From Phaeosaccion multiseriatum (Eukaryota > Protista > Ochrophyta, other classes), in assembly GCA_965112735.1 (NCBI GenBank), contig OZ218963.1, forward strand, positions 2,976,001-3,040,000: a stretch of 64,000 bases of DNA. Direction: 5' to 3'. Positions within the stretch are counted from its first letter, which is position 1. Every line of letters starts with the position of its first letter. The notes under the pieces were generated by a model that worked only from the letters and a program-made list of their open reading frames with translations, searched no databases and was not told the DNA's origin. Below, piece after piece: positions 1 to 12,502 of the stretch. Made by a program: the position numbers and the translations under genes.

Positions 1-58
1 TCTATTGCGCGTTATTAACGCACAACCCACACACGTTCACGCACAATTGCACACGCAG

Positions 59-3000
59 GTGCAAGAGGACCTGACGCCCGTTAAGGTGCTCGAGCTCTTC
101 ACTAAAATGACGGACGAGGACGCTGAGCTGTTGTGGATGGACCCCGGGGTCGGGCGGCCCGAGAATCTACTGGTGCAGAAGCTGCTGGTGCCGCCTGTGC
201 CCATTCGGCCGTCGGTGGCCATGGACGTTGGAGGTGGTAGTAACGAGGACGACCTCACCGTCAAGCTGCAGGCAAGGAGGGCGGTCGGGGCTTATCTGTA
301 CCTACGTATCTACATACGTGTCATACATGCGTCTTTCATGGGCTTCTATTCATTCGAGCGTTTCGCCTCCCTTCTTTGAACGTCGTTCCATGTGTCCTGG
401 ACATGTCAATGGGTATTGTTCTTGTCATTCCTTCCGTCTGACGTGCCTATACTTCCTCCTCCTCCTCCTCCTCCTCCTCAGGAGATAATCGATGTGAACA
501 ACGCTCTCCGAGTGGCGCTCGAGAAGGGGGCGACGATGAAGATGATCATGGAAGACTGGGACTTCCTTCAGGTGTGTGTGTGTGTGTTGCAGCGGCCCTT
601 GCCCTTGAGGAGAGCCGAGGTCCCTTCTTCTCCCTCTTGCCCGTGCTCTGACTCTTACCCTTGCCCTTGAGGAGAGCCGAGGTCCCTTCTTCTCCCTCTT
701 GCCCGTGCTCTGACTCCTACCCTTGCCCTTGAGGAGAGCCGAGGTCCCTTCTTCTCCCTCTTGCCCGTGCTCTGACTCCTACCCTTGCCCTTGACTCTCC
801 GAGTCGTTCGTGGCTGTACTTGCGCTGTATTGGCTATGCTTCCCTCTTGGGGCACTGGTGATGTGTGTGTGTGAAGCTTTGGCTCTCCCAGTGAAACCCT
901 TATTCCCCCTTCTCTGTGTGGCTCTCTCCCCCTCTCTCTCCCTCTTTCTCTCTGTGTGTGTCTCTTTTTCTCTCCTTTTCTCTCTCTCTTTGTCGGACGT
1001 GGGGGGGGGTCATGTATGTAGGTGCAAGTGGCGCAATACATCAATGGGGAGATGCCGGGCTTACCTCGGCCACTTGGTGCCAGCCGCCCCATCAGAGGCC
1101 TCTGTCAGCGGCTCAAAGGAAAGAGCGGTCGATTCAGGGGCAACCTCTCGGGTAAGGGACAAGTGCAGGATGAAGGATGAAGCAGTAGCGGCACATGGGT
1201 GGGGGGGGGGGAGTAAGAAGGATATGGAAGAATATGGTGTTTGAATGTTCACAGTCCATTCAAGTTGGTTCATTTCCTCCTCCGCCTCCTCCTCCACCTT
1301 CTCCTTCTTCTCCTCCTCCTCGTCCTCCGGCTCCTCCTCCGCCTCCTCCTCCCCCACCTCCTCCTCCTCCACCACCCTCCTCCTCCTCCTCCTCCTCCCC
1401 CTCCTCCTCCTCCTCCTCCACCACCACCACCTCCACCTCGTCCACCACCCCACGCGTCCTTGACTAAAGGCAAACGAGTGGACTTCAGCGGGCGGACGGT
1501 GATATCGCCGGATCCGAACCTTCGGGTAGACCAGGTCAGTACAACGAAACAGAGCCCCATGCCATGGGGAGGGGGGAGAAGATTGCCCCGAAACGGTACA
1601 CTCACGTTTGCATAGCATGTAGATTTGAAGGAGAGCGTGCCCAGGCCTTGCTTGTTTCTCTCGACCCTCATGCCTTCATGCCTTCACTCCCTCTTGTTTT
1701 TGCTCTTCCTTCCTTCTCGGTGCTCCTCGCCTACCCCGCTCTTTGTTGCTCTGTGCGCATCCTGCTGCGGCACTGCTGCACACGCTCGCCTCTGTTCTCT
1801 CGTGTGACGACACACATACACAAACGCACACGCGTTGGTGATACAGGTCGGAGTGCCGGAGAGGGTGGCAAGAATCATGACCTATCCGGAAATGGTCAAC
1901 AAGTACAACATTCACAAGCTCAGAAAGTGAGGGAGTGTGTGATACGGGGCGGGGGGGGGGCATGTACAGGAGAGAGATGGAAGAGCTTTGGACTGACAAC
2001 TCCAACTGTGTCTTCTGTGTATGCACTCCGGTTTGGGTGCGTTGTGTGCTTGTGTCCAAAGGTGCGTCATGAACGGTCCGGATAAGCACCCGGGGGCAAA
2101 CTTTATCCGCCCTGCTGGCCCTGACGGGTTTGTCAAGAAGCTCATGGCAGGTGAGTGGGCAAACCAACGCGGGGTGCTTGTGGAGAGAAGCGGGGGAGGG
2201 TGGCGGAGGAGGAAGGAAGAGGCCGGGAGGGAGGGCGGAGAGAGAGACAGCAGGAGCAGGATGAAAGCGAAAGGGACACAGAGACCGGCCGAGGGGACTG
2301 GGCTCTTTGCATGGGCACTTGCATTGGGCACTTGCATTGGGCACTTGCATGTTCGGATCTCCGTACTAAACATCCGGCGCTTTTCGCGCAATGCGTATGT
2401 GTGTATCTTGTGTATGTGTATGTACTTGCCCTATCAAAGGGGAATCCGGCAAGGTGAAGGACAATCTCGATACTCAGCGAGAGAGGCTGGCCAGGGAACT
2501 CAAGGTACGCAGCGAAACTTCAACTTCAACTTCATCATGTCACTCCATACTTGATTCAAGCTCAACATATCACTTCTTGCTTGACCACTGTACCTTGCTT
2601 GACCAATGTACATTGCTTGACCGCTGCGCAGATGGGCGACATCGTGGAGCGGCACATGGAGGACGGTGACGTGGTGTTGTTCAACAGACAGCCAAGCCTG
2701 CACAAAATGTCCATCATGGTGCGTTGTCAGTTTTCCGTTTTTTCGTTTATGTTTACTTATCAATTGGGATCGAATCGTATCCAATATCGAAGCCTGGTGA
2801 GCTGTTGAGCGATCGTTGTCATTGTCATTCGGCGGCTCTCTGAGGAGAGTCAAATGCCCATTCCATTCTGTACTCGCGACGCCCGTCCTGCGCTTCTCTC
2901 CCTCACTCCCTCGCTCACTCTCTCTTCCTCCCTGTCTCCCTCCCTCCCTCCCCCCTTCCCTCCCGCCCTCCCTCCCTTCATCCCTCCCTCCCTCCATCTC

Positions 3001-4247
3001 TCCCTCCCATCCTTCCTTCCTTCCTTCCTTCCTCTGTGCTGTAAATAGGCCCACCATGCCAAGGTCATGCCCTGGCGAACGTTTCGCTTCAACGAGTGCG
3101 TGTGCTCCCCCTACAACGCCGACTTCGATGGAGACGAGATGAACATGCACCTGCCGCAGACGGAGGAGGCAAGGGCGGAGGCACAGGAGCTCATGGCCGT
3201 CGCCAACAATCTGGTGAGGGGAGGGAGGGAGGGAGGAAAGCAGAGGAGGAGGAGGAGGAGGAGGAGGAGGAGGAGGAGGAGGAGGAGCAGGGTGGGGAGG
3301 GGGGAGGAGGAGGAGAACACCCGGAAATTCCTGTCTCCTGGTGGTTTTGTTGACACATTCACATCACGGACATTCCGATTGAATGAAACGGGGCATGAAT
3401 AGAGAGTGTGAGCGAAGTACTGCCCTGCGATGTTGCCGCTCTGCTCTCCCGTGATGCGCTTCTCTGCTCGACCCAAACGCCCCGCCCCTCCCCTCCCCCC
3501 AACCTCGCTGTGGTATCCACCTACACTCACAGTGCACCCCTCGGAATGGAGAGCCGCTTGTGGCGGCGACGCAGGACTTTCTCACCGCTGCCTACCTCAT
3601 CACGCAGAAGGAGATCTTCTTCGACCGGTCAGTAGCTGGCACTCTTGGCACACGCACACACACTCCATCACTCCATGTCTTGTGTTCACTCAACTTGACT
3701 TGACTCGCTGGACTTTTGCTTGTCTTGCTTGACTTTACTTGACCCTGCTTGACTTTCGCTTGACAGGACTCGATATCCTAAAGGGAGGGGGGGGGGGGGG
3801 GCAAGGGATGCGATGCATGGAGGGGTGGGGGCAGATGTCCTCAGATCAAGTCGATGCAGATGTGGTCAGTCATAGATGTGCCCCTCCTCCCTCCCGCTCA
3901 CCCGCCTGCTCCTCTTGTTCGACTCATTGCAGGGAGACCTTCTGCCTCATTGTGTCGTATCTGGGTGACGCGGGAGAACACGTTGATATGCCGCAGCCAT
4001 CCATCTTCCGCCCCGTCATGCTGTGGACCGGCAAGCAGGTTAGGGAGAAGGACTAGAGCAGAGAGAGAGGCGGTAGAGGAGTAGGAGGGAGGGGATGGGC
4101 GCTGAACGACATCCGTGTGGCTGCTCTCTCGTTCTCTCTCTTCTCTCCGCCCTGCTGTTTTCGGCCTCGCCGATCCGTACCTTCTCACTTGTCTCTTGCC
4201 TCTCTCACGCACACACACACACACGCACGCACACACACACACACACG

Positions 4248-4316
<69 letters not shown>

Positions 4317-5303
4317 CAAGGTGATGAGCTTGTTGGTGCGGCCCAACCGAAAGTGCCCTGTGCTCGTCAATCTCGAGATGAAGGAGCGCAACTACACCTC
4401 CGACCGTTACTTCTGCGCCAAGGACGGTTACGTGTGCTTCCACAACAGCGAGCTTGTGTCGGGCAACCTTGCGAAAAAGGCCCTCGGAGACGGCTCCAAG
4501 TGTGGGCTGTTCTACACGCTCCTGAGGTACCACGGGCCCAAGGAGGCAGCGAGGTGTATGAATAGGTGAGAGAGGGAGAGAGAGAGGGGAGGGAGGTAGC
4601 TAAATATATAGACTAGTTCTTTCTAAGACGAAGCAGAATAAAGCATGAACTTCCCCTCCTCTCCCACGAAACGACGATTCCCTCCCCCTCTCAAAATCTG
4701 TCTTGATTCGACGGCAGGCTGGCCAAGATCTGTGCTCGGTATCTGGGCACGCACAGAGGCTTCTCCATTGGTGAGTGAGTCCCTTGTTTTTTTCTTGGCA
4801 GAGGAAGCTCTTTACAGGCCTGCAACAGACAGACGAAGCTCACCCCCCTCCCTCCCTGGCCCCTCTGTGTGTTTGTGTGTGTGTTTGTGTGTGTGCCAGG
4901 CATCAACGACGTGACCCCCTCGGTGGAGCTCTCCGACAGCAAAGCGAGCCTGTTGGCCAACGGCTACAGAGAGGCAGATGCCAAAATCTCGGACTACGAG
5001 AAGGTAAGAGTGACAGCAATGCCACACCCCCATATCGCTCACAACACTTGCAGTGCACCTGCCACAGTCGTCCACCATCCATCACCACTATCATCATCAT
5101 CATCATCACCACCACCATCATTATCATCATCATCATCATCATCATCACCATCATCATCACCATCCCCGTCATCATTTCATCATCATCATCACCACCATCA
5201 TCATCATCACCATCATCATCACCACCATCATCACCACCACCACCACCACCACCATCATCACCATCATCATCATCATCATTACCACCACCATCATTATGAC
5301 CAT

Positions 5304-5338
<35 letters not shown>

Positions 5339-8300
5339 TATCATCACTATCATGTGCATCATCCTGTTTCTCACACCTCCCCACTCTCTGCGTATTCTGT
5401 CCCTCCCCCTCCCCCTCCCCCTCCCCCTCCCGCCCCCCTCCCCTCTCACCTTCTCGCCTCTGTTGGGGCCTACGTAATAATATATATAATATAGGGTCGA
5501 TTGGCTTTGGCAGCAGGGTGCAACCCCATTCAGTCTCTGGAGAGCGAGCTCAACGGATTGCTGGGCAAGCTTCGAGAGCAGGCGGGGGCTGAGGCAATGA
5601 GGGTAAGGTTGGGTACTCGGCTACCCACTACTTCAGCGGTAGTGCGGCAGTGCGGCAAGTGTGTTATGTTGCAAAGAGGAAGGACACGGCGCCTACCAAG
5701 ATGTGATGACGTGATGATGTGTTGTGCTGGGCTAGGGAGAGGGGCTTACTTTTCTTGTCATCAACCTCCCTAGGCAGGGTCTCTTGGTCCCTCTGCCTCC
5801 CCTTTTGGTGTCTCACGCACCTTGTGTTTCTGTGTGACGCTCTCACCCTCTGACCCCTCAATGGATGGCAATGGATGGGTGGATACGGAGAGTAGGCGCT
5901 GCCGTGGGTCAACTCTCCTCGCATCATGGCCGAGTGCGGGTCCAAGGGAAGCCCCTTAAACATCTCTCAGATGGTAGCGTGCGTGGGCCAGCAGAGCGTG
6001 GGGGGGAAGCGCATCGACGACGGCTTCGTCAGGCGAACTCTGCCCCACTTTCTGGAGGTCGGTGGGATGGACGGAGTGGAGTGTCCGTAGGGGGGGGTGT
6101 TGAAGTTGAAGGGGTGGATTGGGCGGCGCCATTCGATCGCCATGAATTTCCCTCTTGGAGCGGGGGGTTTGTCCGTCTTGCCTCTTCTCTTCGATCTCTT
6201 CGGGCGGGGGGGGGGAGGAGGGGTACGGAGGCGTACGGAGGCGTACGCTGGATGCACTGTCCACCGCTTTGCGTGGCGTAGGCTCCACTGTAGGCTTGGG
6301 TGAAGACTCGTCAAAACGCTCTCCCCTCTCCTCCCTCTACCCCCAGGTCACTCGTACTCGCACCTTTTGTCTTCCCTTCGCGAATCTGTCTTCTGTTTTC
6401 CGGCCTTTTCTTCGCATCAAAACTTGCGTCTGTGTGCCTGTGGGTCTTTCTTCCCTCGCTCACTCACTCCCTCCCTCCCTCCCTCCCTCCCTCCCTCCCC
6501 ACAACCCTCCAGAAATCACTCTTCCCTGCGGCAAAAGGCTTTGTCGCCAACAGTTTCTACAGCGGACTGACGGCCACAGAGTTCTTCTTCCACACCATGG
6601 GCGGCCGAGAAGGTAAGTATCCACAGCCGCCCTCTTTTGCCAAGGACAATGAACAATCAACTGGATCGATCCCGCAGCTTCCCCCCCTTCGTCTCCCCGC
6701 TCCGCCGCGCCCCACTTCTCTGACCTTTACCTTGCCCTTACTCGTACTCTTGCTGTTGCTCTTGGCTCTCCCTCGTGCTGCCCTTTCCTACTTTTGGGGG
6801 GGAAATTGAATCGCACTGAAGGTCTCGTGGACACGGCGGTCAAGACAGCCGAGACGGGGTACATGGCCCGGCGGCTCATGAAGGCTCTGGAGGACCTCAG
6901 CATGCAGTACGACAGGACGGTGCGCAACAGCGAGCAGACCGTGGTGCAGTTTGTCTACGGGGACGACGGACTCAACCCGCAGCTCATGGAGGGGGTGAGT
7001 TGACCCTGCCCCCCTTCTCTTTTCTCTTTTTTTTTTGTCTCTCTCTTCTGTCTCCCTCTGGTTCTCCCCCTCTCTTTCTCTGTCTCTATCTCTCCCTTCC
7101 GTCCTCTCTCTCCCCTCTCTTATTCTCTCCGCCTCTCCCATTCTGTGTGTCTCTCTGTCTCTCTCTCTCCCTCTTCTCTCCCTCTCCCCCCCCCTCTCCC
7201 TCCCACCCTCTATCCGCCCCTTCTCCCCCTCCCTCCCCCTCTTCCTCTCCCCGCTGAGCAGTCTGCAAGGGTGAAGCTTGATCGCAGCGAGGAAGCGGTG
7301 GAGGTGGGCCGTCCTGTGGATCTCTCAAAGCTTCTCTGGGACGTGTGTCGGACACAGCCCTTCCCAGAGGAGCCGGGCCTCAGCTCCGCAGGGCTGAGGG
7401 CAGAAGTGCGATCGATTCTCAAGAGTGCCAAGTTTCAGGTGAGGTATACAGAGATGGCATGGAGGGAGGGGGTGTGACGCTCGCTTGCCTCTTCTTCCCC
7501 ATGCCATCAAAGGTGGTGTCAGCATCATCATCGTTCTACTCTTTTCGCACAACGCACACTGCAAGTCTGAGAGAATACACCCGTTTCGTCTGTGTGCCCC
7601 CGCCCTTTTGTGCCATACTCCCCTTGTGCTATACCGTTGTGCTTTACCCTTGTTTGTGCGCTGCTCAGTCCATTCTGCCCAATGGAAAGGCGTGGCTGGA
7701 GGAGGTGGGGCGGTTTTGGGAGGCGGAGGCGACGGCCCTCGCAGAGCTCAAAAAGTCCCTCATACTCAACGGCATGCCCTCTCTGCAGCGCGAGAGCGTC
7801 GAGGCGAGGGTGGAGGAGCGGCGGATAAAGAGGGAGGCACGGGAGGAGAGGCGGCGGCAGCTGGGAAAGATGCGCGCCCAGGCTGCAGTGGTAGCGGCGG
7901 CAGTCAAGCGGAAGGAGGAGGAAGAGGCGGAGGAGGAAGGCAGAGGACGAGCCAAAGCTCCTCGACAAGTTGTTGTCTCTGCCGCCACGGGGAGCAAGGG
8001 GAAGGGGGCTCGTGTGGGACTGAAAAAGGAAGGAGGAGCGAGGCCGGGGGGCGCCAGGGAGGGCGACGACGACATGTGCATGGAGGACGACAAGGAGGAG
8101 AAGGAGGAGAAGGGGAAGAAGGAGGACGAGGACGAGGAGGACGAGGAGGAAGAGAGCCTTGAGTGGGAGTTGGACCAAGAGGAGAGTTTGGAGGGGACAC
8201 GGGTACTACGGGTAGTGGGGTCCCCGGAGTGGAGGGCGCAGCTGGGTAGCGACTTTAGGGCGTGGGCGGTGGAGGCCGAGGAGTACGGCTCCAAGGCCTG

Positions 8301-9869
8301 GCGGGAGAGCGTGGAATTGGTGCATTGTAACACCAGGTGAGTGGTGCAGTGGTGCTGTACTGGTGCTGCGGACAACGAGCCTGCTGCGCTCATCTACTTC
8401 CTTCACCTCCCTCTCCCCACGGTTCCCTCCCCTGTGCCCTCTTACTTACTCACAGGGCCTTTGCCCCCCCTGCTTTCCCTTCCCCACCGCCCGCGCGCTT
8501 CCCTGATTGATTCTATCCCCCCTCCGCACCCTCACCCTCACCCTCATCCTCATCCTCACTTCCACTCCCTCCCTCACCCTCACCACCCCTATCCTCACCC
8601 TCATCCTCACCTTTGCCCCTCACCCTCACCCGCATCCTGAACCTCATCCTCACCCTCACCCCCACCCTCACCCTCCAGGCGAGTGTCAAAGTCACAGCTC
8701 CACTCCCTCATGGACAAGGCCCTGAACCGGTACCACAGGGCAATCGTGGAGCCGGGAGAGGCTGTGGGGGCCATCGGCGCACAGAGCATTTCCGAGCCGG
8801 GCACACAAATGACGCTCAAGGTAGTGAAAGTGAAAGCTTTTGAGCCTCTGAGGGGGGGTAGTGAGCTTTGACTTTTAACAGTCGCGTGTCGAGTGTGTCT
8901 TTTAACAGTCGCGTGTCGAGTGTGTCTTTTAACAGTCGCGTGTCGAGTGTGTCTTTCTTTGCAAGTGCTTGTCCGCTCTCCTTCCTGCCACCCCGAGGAC
9001 GTCTCTTGTAGCACCTCCAGCCCTCCTTCTATCTCCCCTGTCATGGTCGTTCATTATCCTCAACTGCCTCTCTTGCCCCACTCCCCCTCCCCCTGGCTCC
9101 TTGCCTGCCCACTCCTTCCTTTGATGCTCTGGGAGAAGACGTTTCATTTCGCCGGAGTGGCGAGCATGAACGTGACTCTTGGCGTGCCTCGTCTCAAGGA
9201 GATTATCAACGCCTCGAAAGCCATCTCCACACCCATCATCAGCGCCAAGCTGGAGATTGATGACTGCAAGATCAGCGCAAGATGCGTCAAGGCCAACATT
9301 GAGAAGACTACGCTGGGGCAGGTCAGTCAGTCAGTCAGTCAGTTAGTACTTGGTGGCAGTCCGTGTTTGGTGTCAGTCAGTCAGTCAGTCGGTCGGTCTG
9401 AATTGACAGAGCTAGACTTGTAGTCGCTCACTAAATCAGATCACTCATATAAGCACTTTGTCTGGTGCTATGTGTGTCTGCAGGTGGCTGCATACATCAA
9501 GGAGGTGTACGCCAACGACCAATGCTCCATCGCCATCAAGCTCAACATGGAGGCCATTGAGAAACTTCAGCTCAACGTCACCGCAGCGACTGTGCGCCAC
9601 TCGATCCTCACAGGTACAGAACAGACGAGAGGAGAAGGAGAGGAGGGAGAAGACAAGACGTGAGGAAGACAACGAGAAAACAAGAGAAGACCAGAGACTG
9701 TCCGCTGTTGGTGCTGTGGTGCCGAGAGAGCGCCAACAGCGAGCACACTCGCACTCGGGTTGGGGCAAGTCAACACCGTAACTGTACCTTGCTCAGCACA
9801 CTTGGCTGCACCTTGGCGTCAAACAGTCACTGCCACACGTCCCTTTCTTGCCGCTCATGTTTCTCGTCG

Positions 9870-9919
<50 letters not shown>

Positions 9920-12026
9920 GATGCTTCTGTATATGCTGCTCTTGTTTGGCCTGCTTTTCCTCTTTCCCTCCCCTTCTCCCTCTCTCCCTCCCTCTGTGGA
10001 CCACACCGCTAACCCTCTGACCCTTAGGCGTGTTCGGCGTGACGAGGCCGGGTGTGATGCGGCTGCTAAAGGAGAGCCATGTGCAACTTAAGGCAGGGAG
10101 GGTGGACAAGGTCCGTTGGAACTTTTGGCGTGTGTGTGTGTGTGTGCTTGCGTCTTCGGTGGGTGGGGGGGAAGGGGACACTTGTGCAGAACTTCCTCGT
10201 CGGTGTTTAGAGGCGCAGAACTTTTGCTTACACCCCCCGAACAGACTTGGCTCTCTGTAGCTCTCAACGCTCTCTGTAGAAGGGTTTTGATGCTATTTAC
10301 GTGTATGAAGCATTGAAACATGTGCACCTCCACCTCACTTGCGGTGCTCTTGTCGCGAGTGGAGGTGTTGTGGGAACCGAGCTGATAGCGGGTGGGAGGG
10401 GTGGGAGGTCGTTGCCGGCCCGGTGTGGGCCTGAGCTGACTTGTTGTGTGTCGTCTGTTCTGTGGTCTGTTCTGTGGTCTGTTCTGTGGTCTGTTCTGTG
10501 GTCTGTTCTGTGGTCTGTTCTGCAGACTAGCGGGGAAGAGACTTCCGCGCGTGACAAATCTCCCCCCCCCTGCCCCCTTCCCCCGCCCCCCTGCCCCCTT
10601 CCTCTCCTCTCCTCTCCGTTTAGCTGCGTATCCTCCCACCGGAGCCCAAGGCCTCTACGGGCAGCTCGAGCTTTGGAGGAGATAAGGGCATTCGCAGTAA
10701 GGTACGGGCGGGCTTCGGGCTACGGCACTTTCTCTCAACACTCGTAGCCCTGCACTCGTCTTTGTCTCAAATGCCCCCCCCCCCCCCCCACCTCCCCCCT
10801 TCCTCCGTGCCTCCCAACGACACGAATACACAGACCTACTTTGTGATGCAAGCGCTCAAAGCGTGCCTGCCGCATGTCATCATCAAAGGCATTCCCTCCG
10901 TCAATCGTGCGGTCATCAACGTGCAGGAGAGCTCCTCGGCCTCGCCCGACAAGTCAAGGGCGATGAATCGGGCCGGCAATGCGGCGGCCAATGAGAGGTA
11001 CCATCTGCTTGTAGAGGGGTACGGCCTGGCGGCTGTGATGGGGGCCACTGGAGTGGACGGACGTTACACCAAGTCCAACCACATCATCGAGGTGGAGAAG
11101 ACTCTGGGAGTCGAGGCGGCGAGGACCATGATATCGGAGGAGGTGAGCAACAAGGGGGAAGAGAAGGAGGAAGACGAGGGGGAGGAGGAGGAGGAGGAGG
11201 AGGAGCAGGAGGAGGAGCAGGAGGAGGAGCAGGAGGGTTTCGACGTCGAGGAGCACAAGGCGGAGGGGGGAAGAAATGAGACGTGACCATTGGCAGCCTG
11301 CGCTTGGGTTTTACCTCCGATGCTTTCCCTTCTGCATGCTCACGTGGTGTCTGCACCTCTCCCCTCTCCTCCTTTGATGGCCTATCAATACACACGCACA
11401 CACACACTCACGGGGACGATTCAACAGATCTCATACATTATGAAGGCGTATGGCATCTCCATCGACCGGCGGCACCTGCTGCTGCTTGCCGACGTTATGT
11501 CCTTCAAAGGAGAGGTGCTCGGCATCACGCGCTTCGGAGTGGCCAAGATGCGCGAGAGTGTACTCATGCTTGCCTCCTTCGAGAAGACCACAGACCACCT
11601 CTTTGATGCGGCGGTGCACGGCAGGTCGGATGCCGTGGTGGGGGTGAGCGAGTGCATCATCATGGGTGAGTAGAGGGAAGGGAGAGAGAAGGGGGAAGCG
11701 AAAGAGAGAGTATGAAAACGAGTGACGGCAGTGTGACGGCAGTGTGAGGGCAGTCGGTCCGGCTGCTTCGGGTGGGGTGGGTGACGCAAAGTAAAAGCAA
11801 CGGTCCAGTTCGATCGTCAGGTGCTTCAGGTGCTTACTTCGGCTCCTTCTCCCCCCATTTTTTTTTGTTGGTGTGTGTGTGTTTCCCAGGCATCCCCATC
11901 CCTGTGGGAACGGGTCTGTTCAAGCTGCTGAGGGCGGCAGAAAAGCCCGTGCCCCTTCCCCAGCAGCTGCGTGAACCCCTGGTGCCGCTCTTGCCAGGCC
12001 CTTCGACTCGGGGGGGATGGCTATAG
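59..12026 (+). CDS. RPC1: DNA-directed RNA polymerase III largest subunit (RPC1), multi-exon, 5' end lies upstream of the window
   Basis: Spliced exons (59-271, 482-571, 1022-1151, 1470-1534, 1847-1926, 2062-2150, 2440-2504, 2632-2718, 3049-3213 and onwards to 12026) give [50 protein letters not shown], the catalytic [123 protein letters not shown] and [11 protein letters not shown]. These are Pol III-type variants and there is no RPB1-type CTD. Confidence 0.97.
596..793. repeat. Intronic tandem repeat, 62 bp x ~3.2
   Basis: The unit cccttgcccttgaggagagccgaggtcccttcttctccctcttgcccgtgctctgactcYta starts at 596, 658, 720 and partially at 782. Confidence 0.9.
8873..8956. repeat. Intronic 27-bp tandem repeat x3
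   Basis: ttttaacagtcgcgtgtcgagtgtgtc is repeated three times. Confidence 0.9.
10454..10522. repeat. Intronic 12-bp minisatellite (tctgttctgtgg) x ~6
   Basis: Direct tandem repeats are visible in the sequence. Confidence 0.85.
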
Positions 12027-12502
12027 CGTGATCGACTACTGCAACTACTGCTGCTAGAGTCGTAAGACTGACACTGCTAGTGTTGTCAGACAGACAGACA
12101 GACAGACAGAGAGGGAGGCAGACAGACAGGCAAGCAGACGCCTGTCTCTGCGTGGATGCACACGCAGCGTGGCTCGGCTCTTCAGAGTGTGTGATGTGGT
12201 GCCGAGCGCGAGGGGAGAAACATCTGTCTCTGTATGCGCACAGCCTCTATGAGATGAACCCACATCGCTCACAGCGCTCACATCGCTCGGCGATCCGTGC
12301 CGTCCGTCCTACCGCCTACTCCCTGCTATGTACGATCGCATGGAAAGAGAGAGAAGAGAGGTTTTGCCTCACGATGCCCACGGCCTGAATGAGCCCAGGG
12401 GGGATGCGTGTGTGGTGTGCGGTAGTGTCCTACAGAAGCAAAAGATAGTTTTCAAAACCAAAACTACAATCATCTTACAGAGCTCGATGAAGCATCCTCG
12501 AC

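Noticed and set aside
596-793. Possible CRISPR-like arrays (also 8873-8956, 29879-30000)
   Set aside because: The units are contiguous tandem repeats with no unique spacers. They lie in eukaryotic introns and there are no cas genes.
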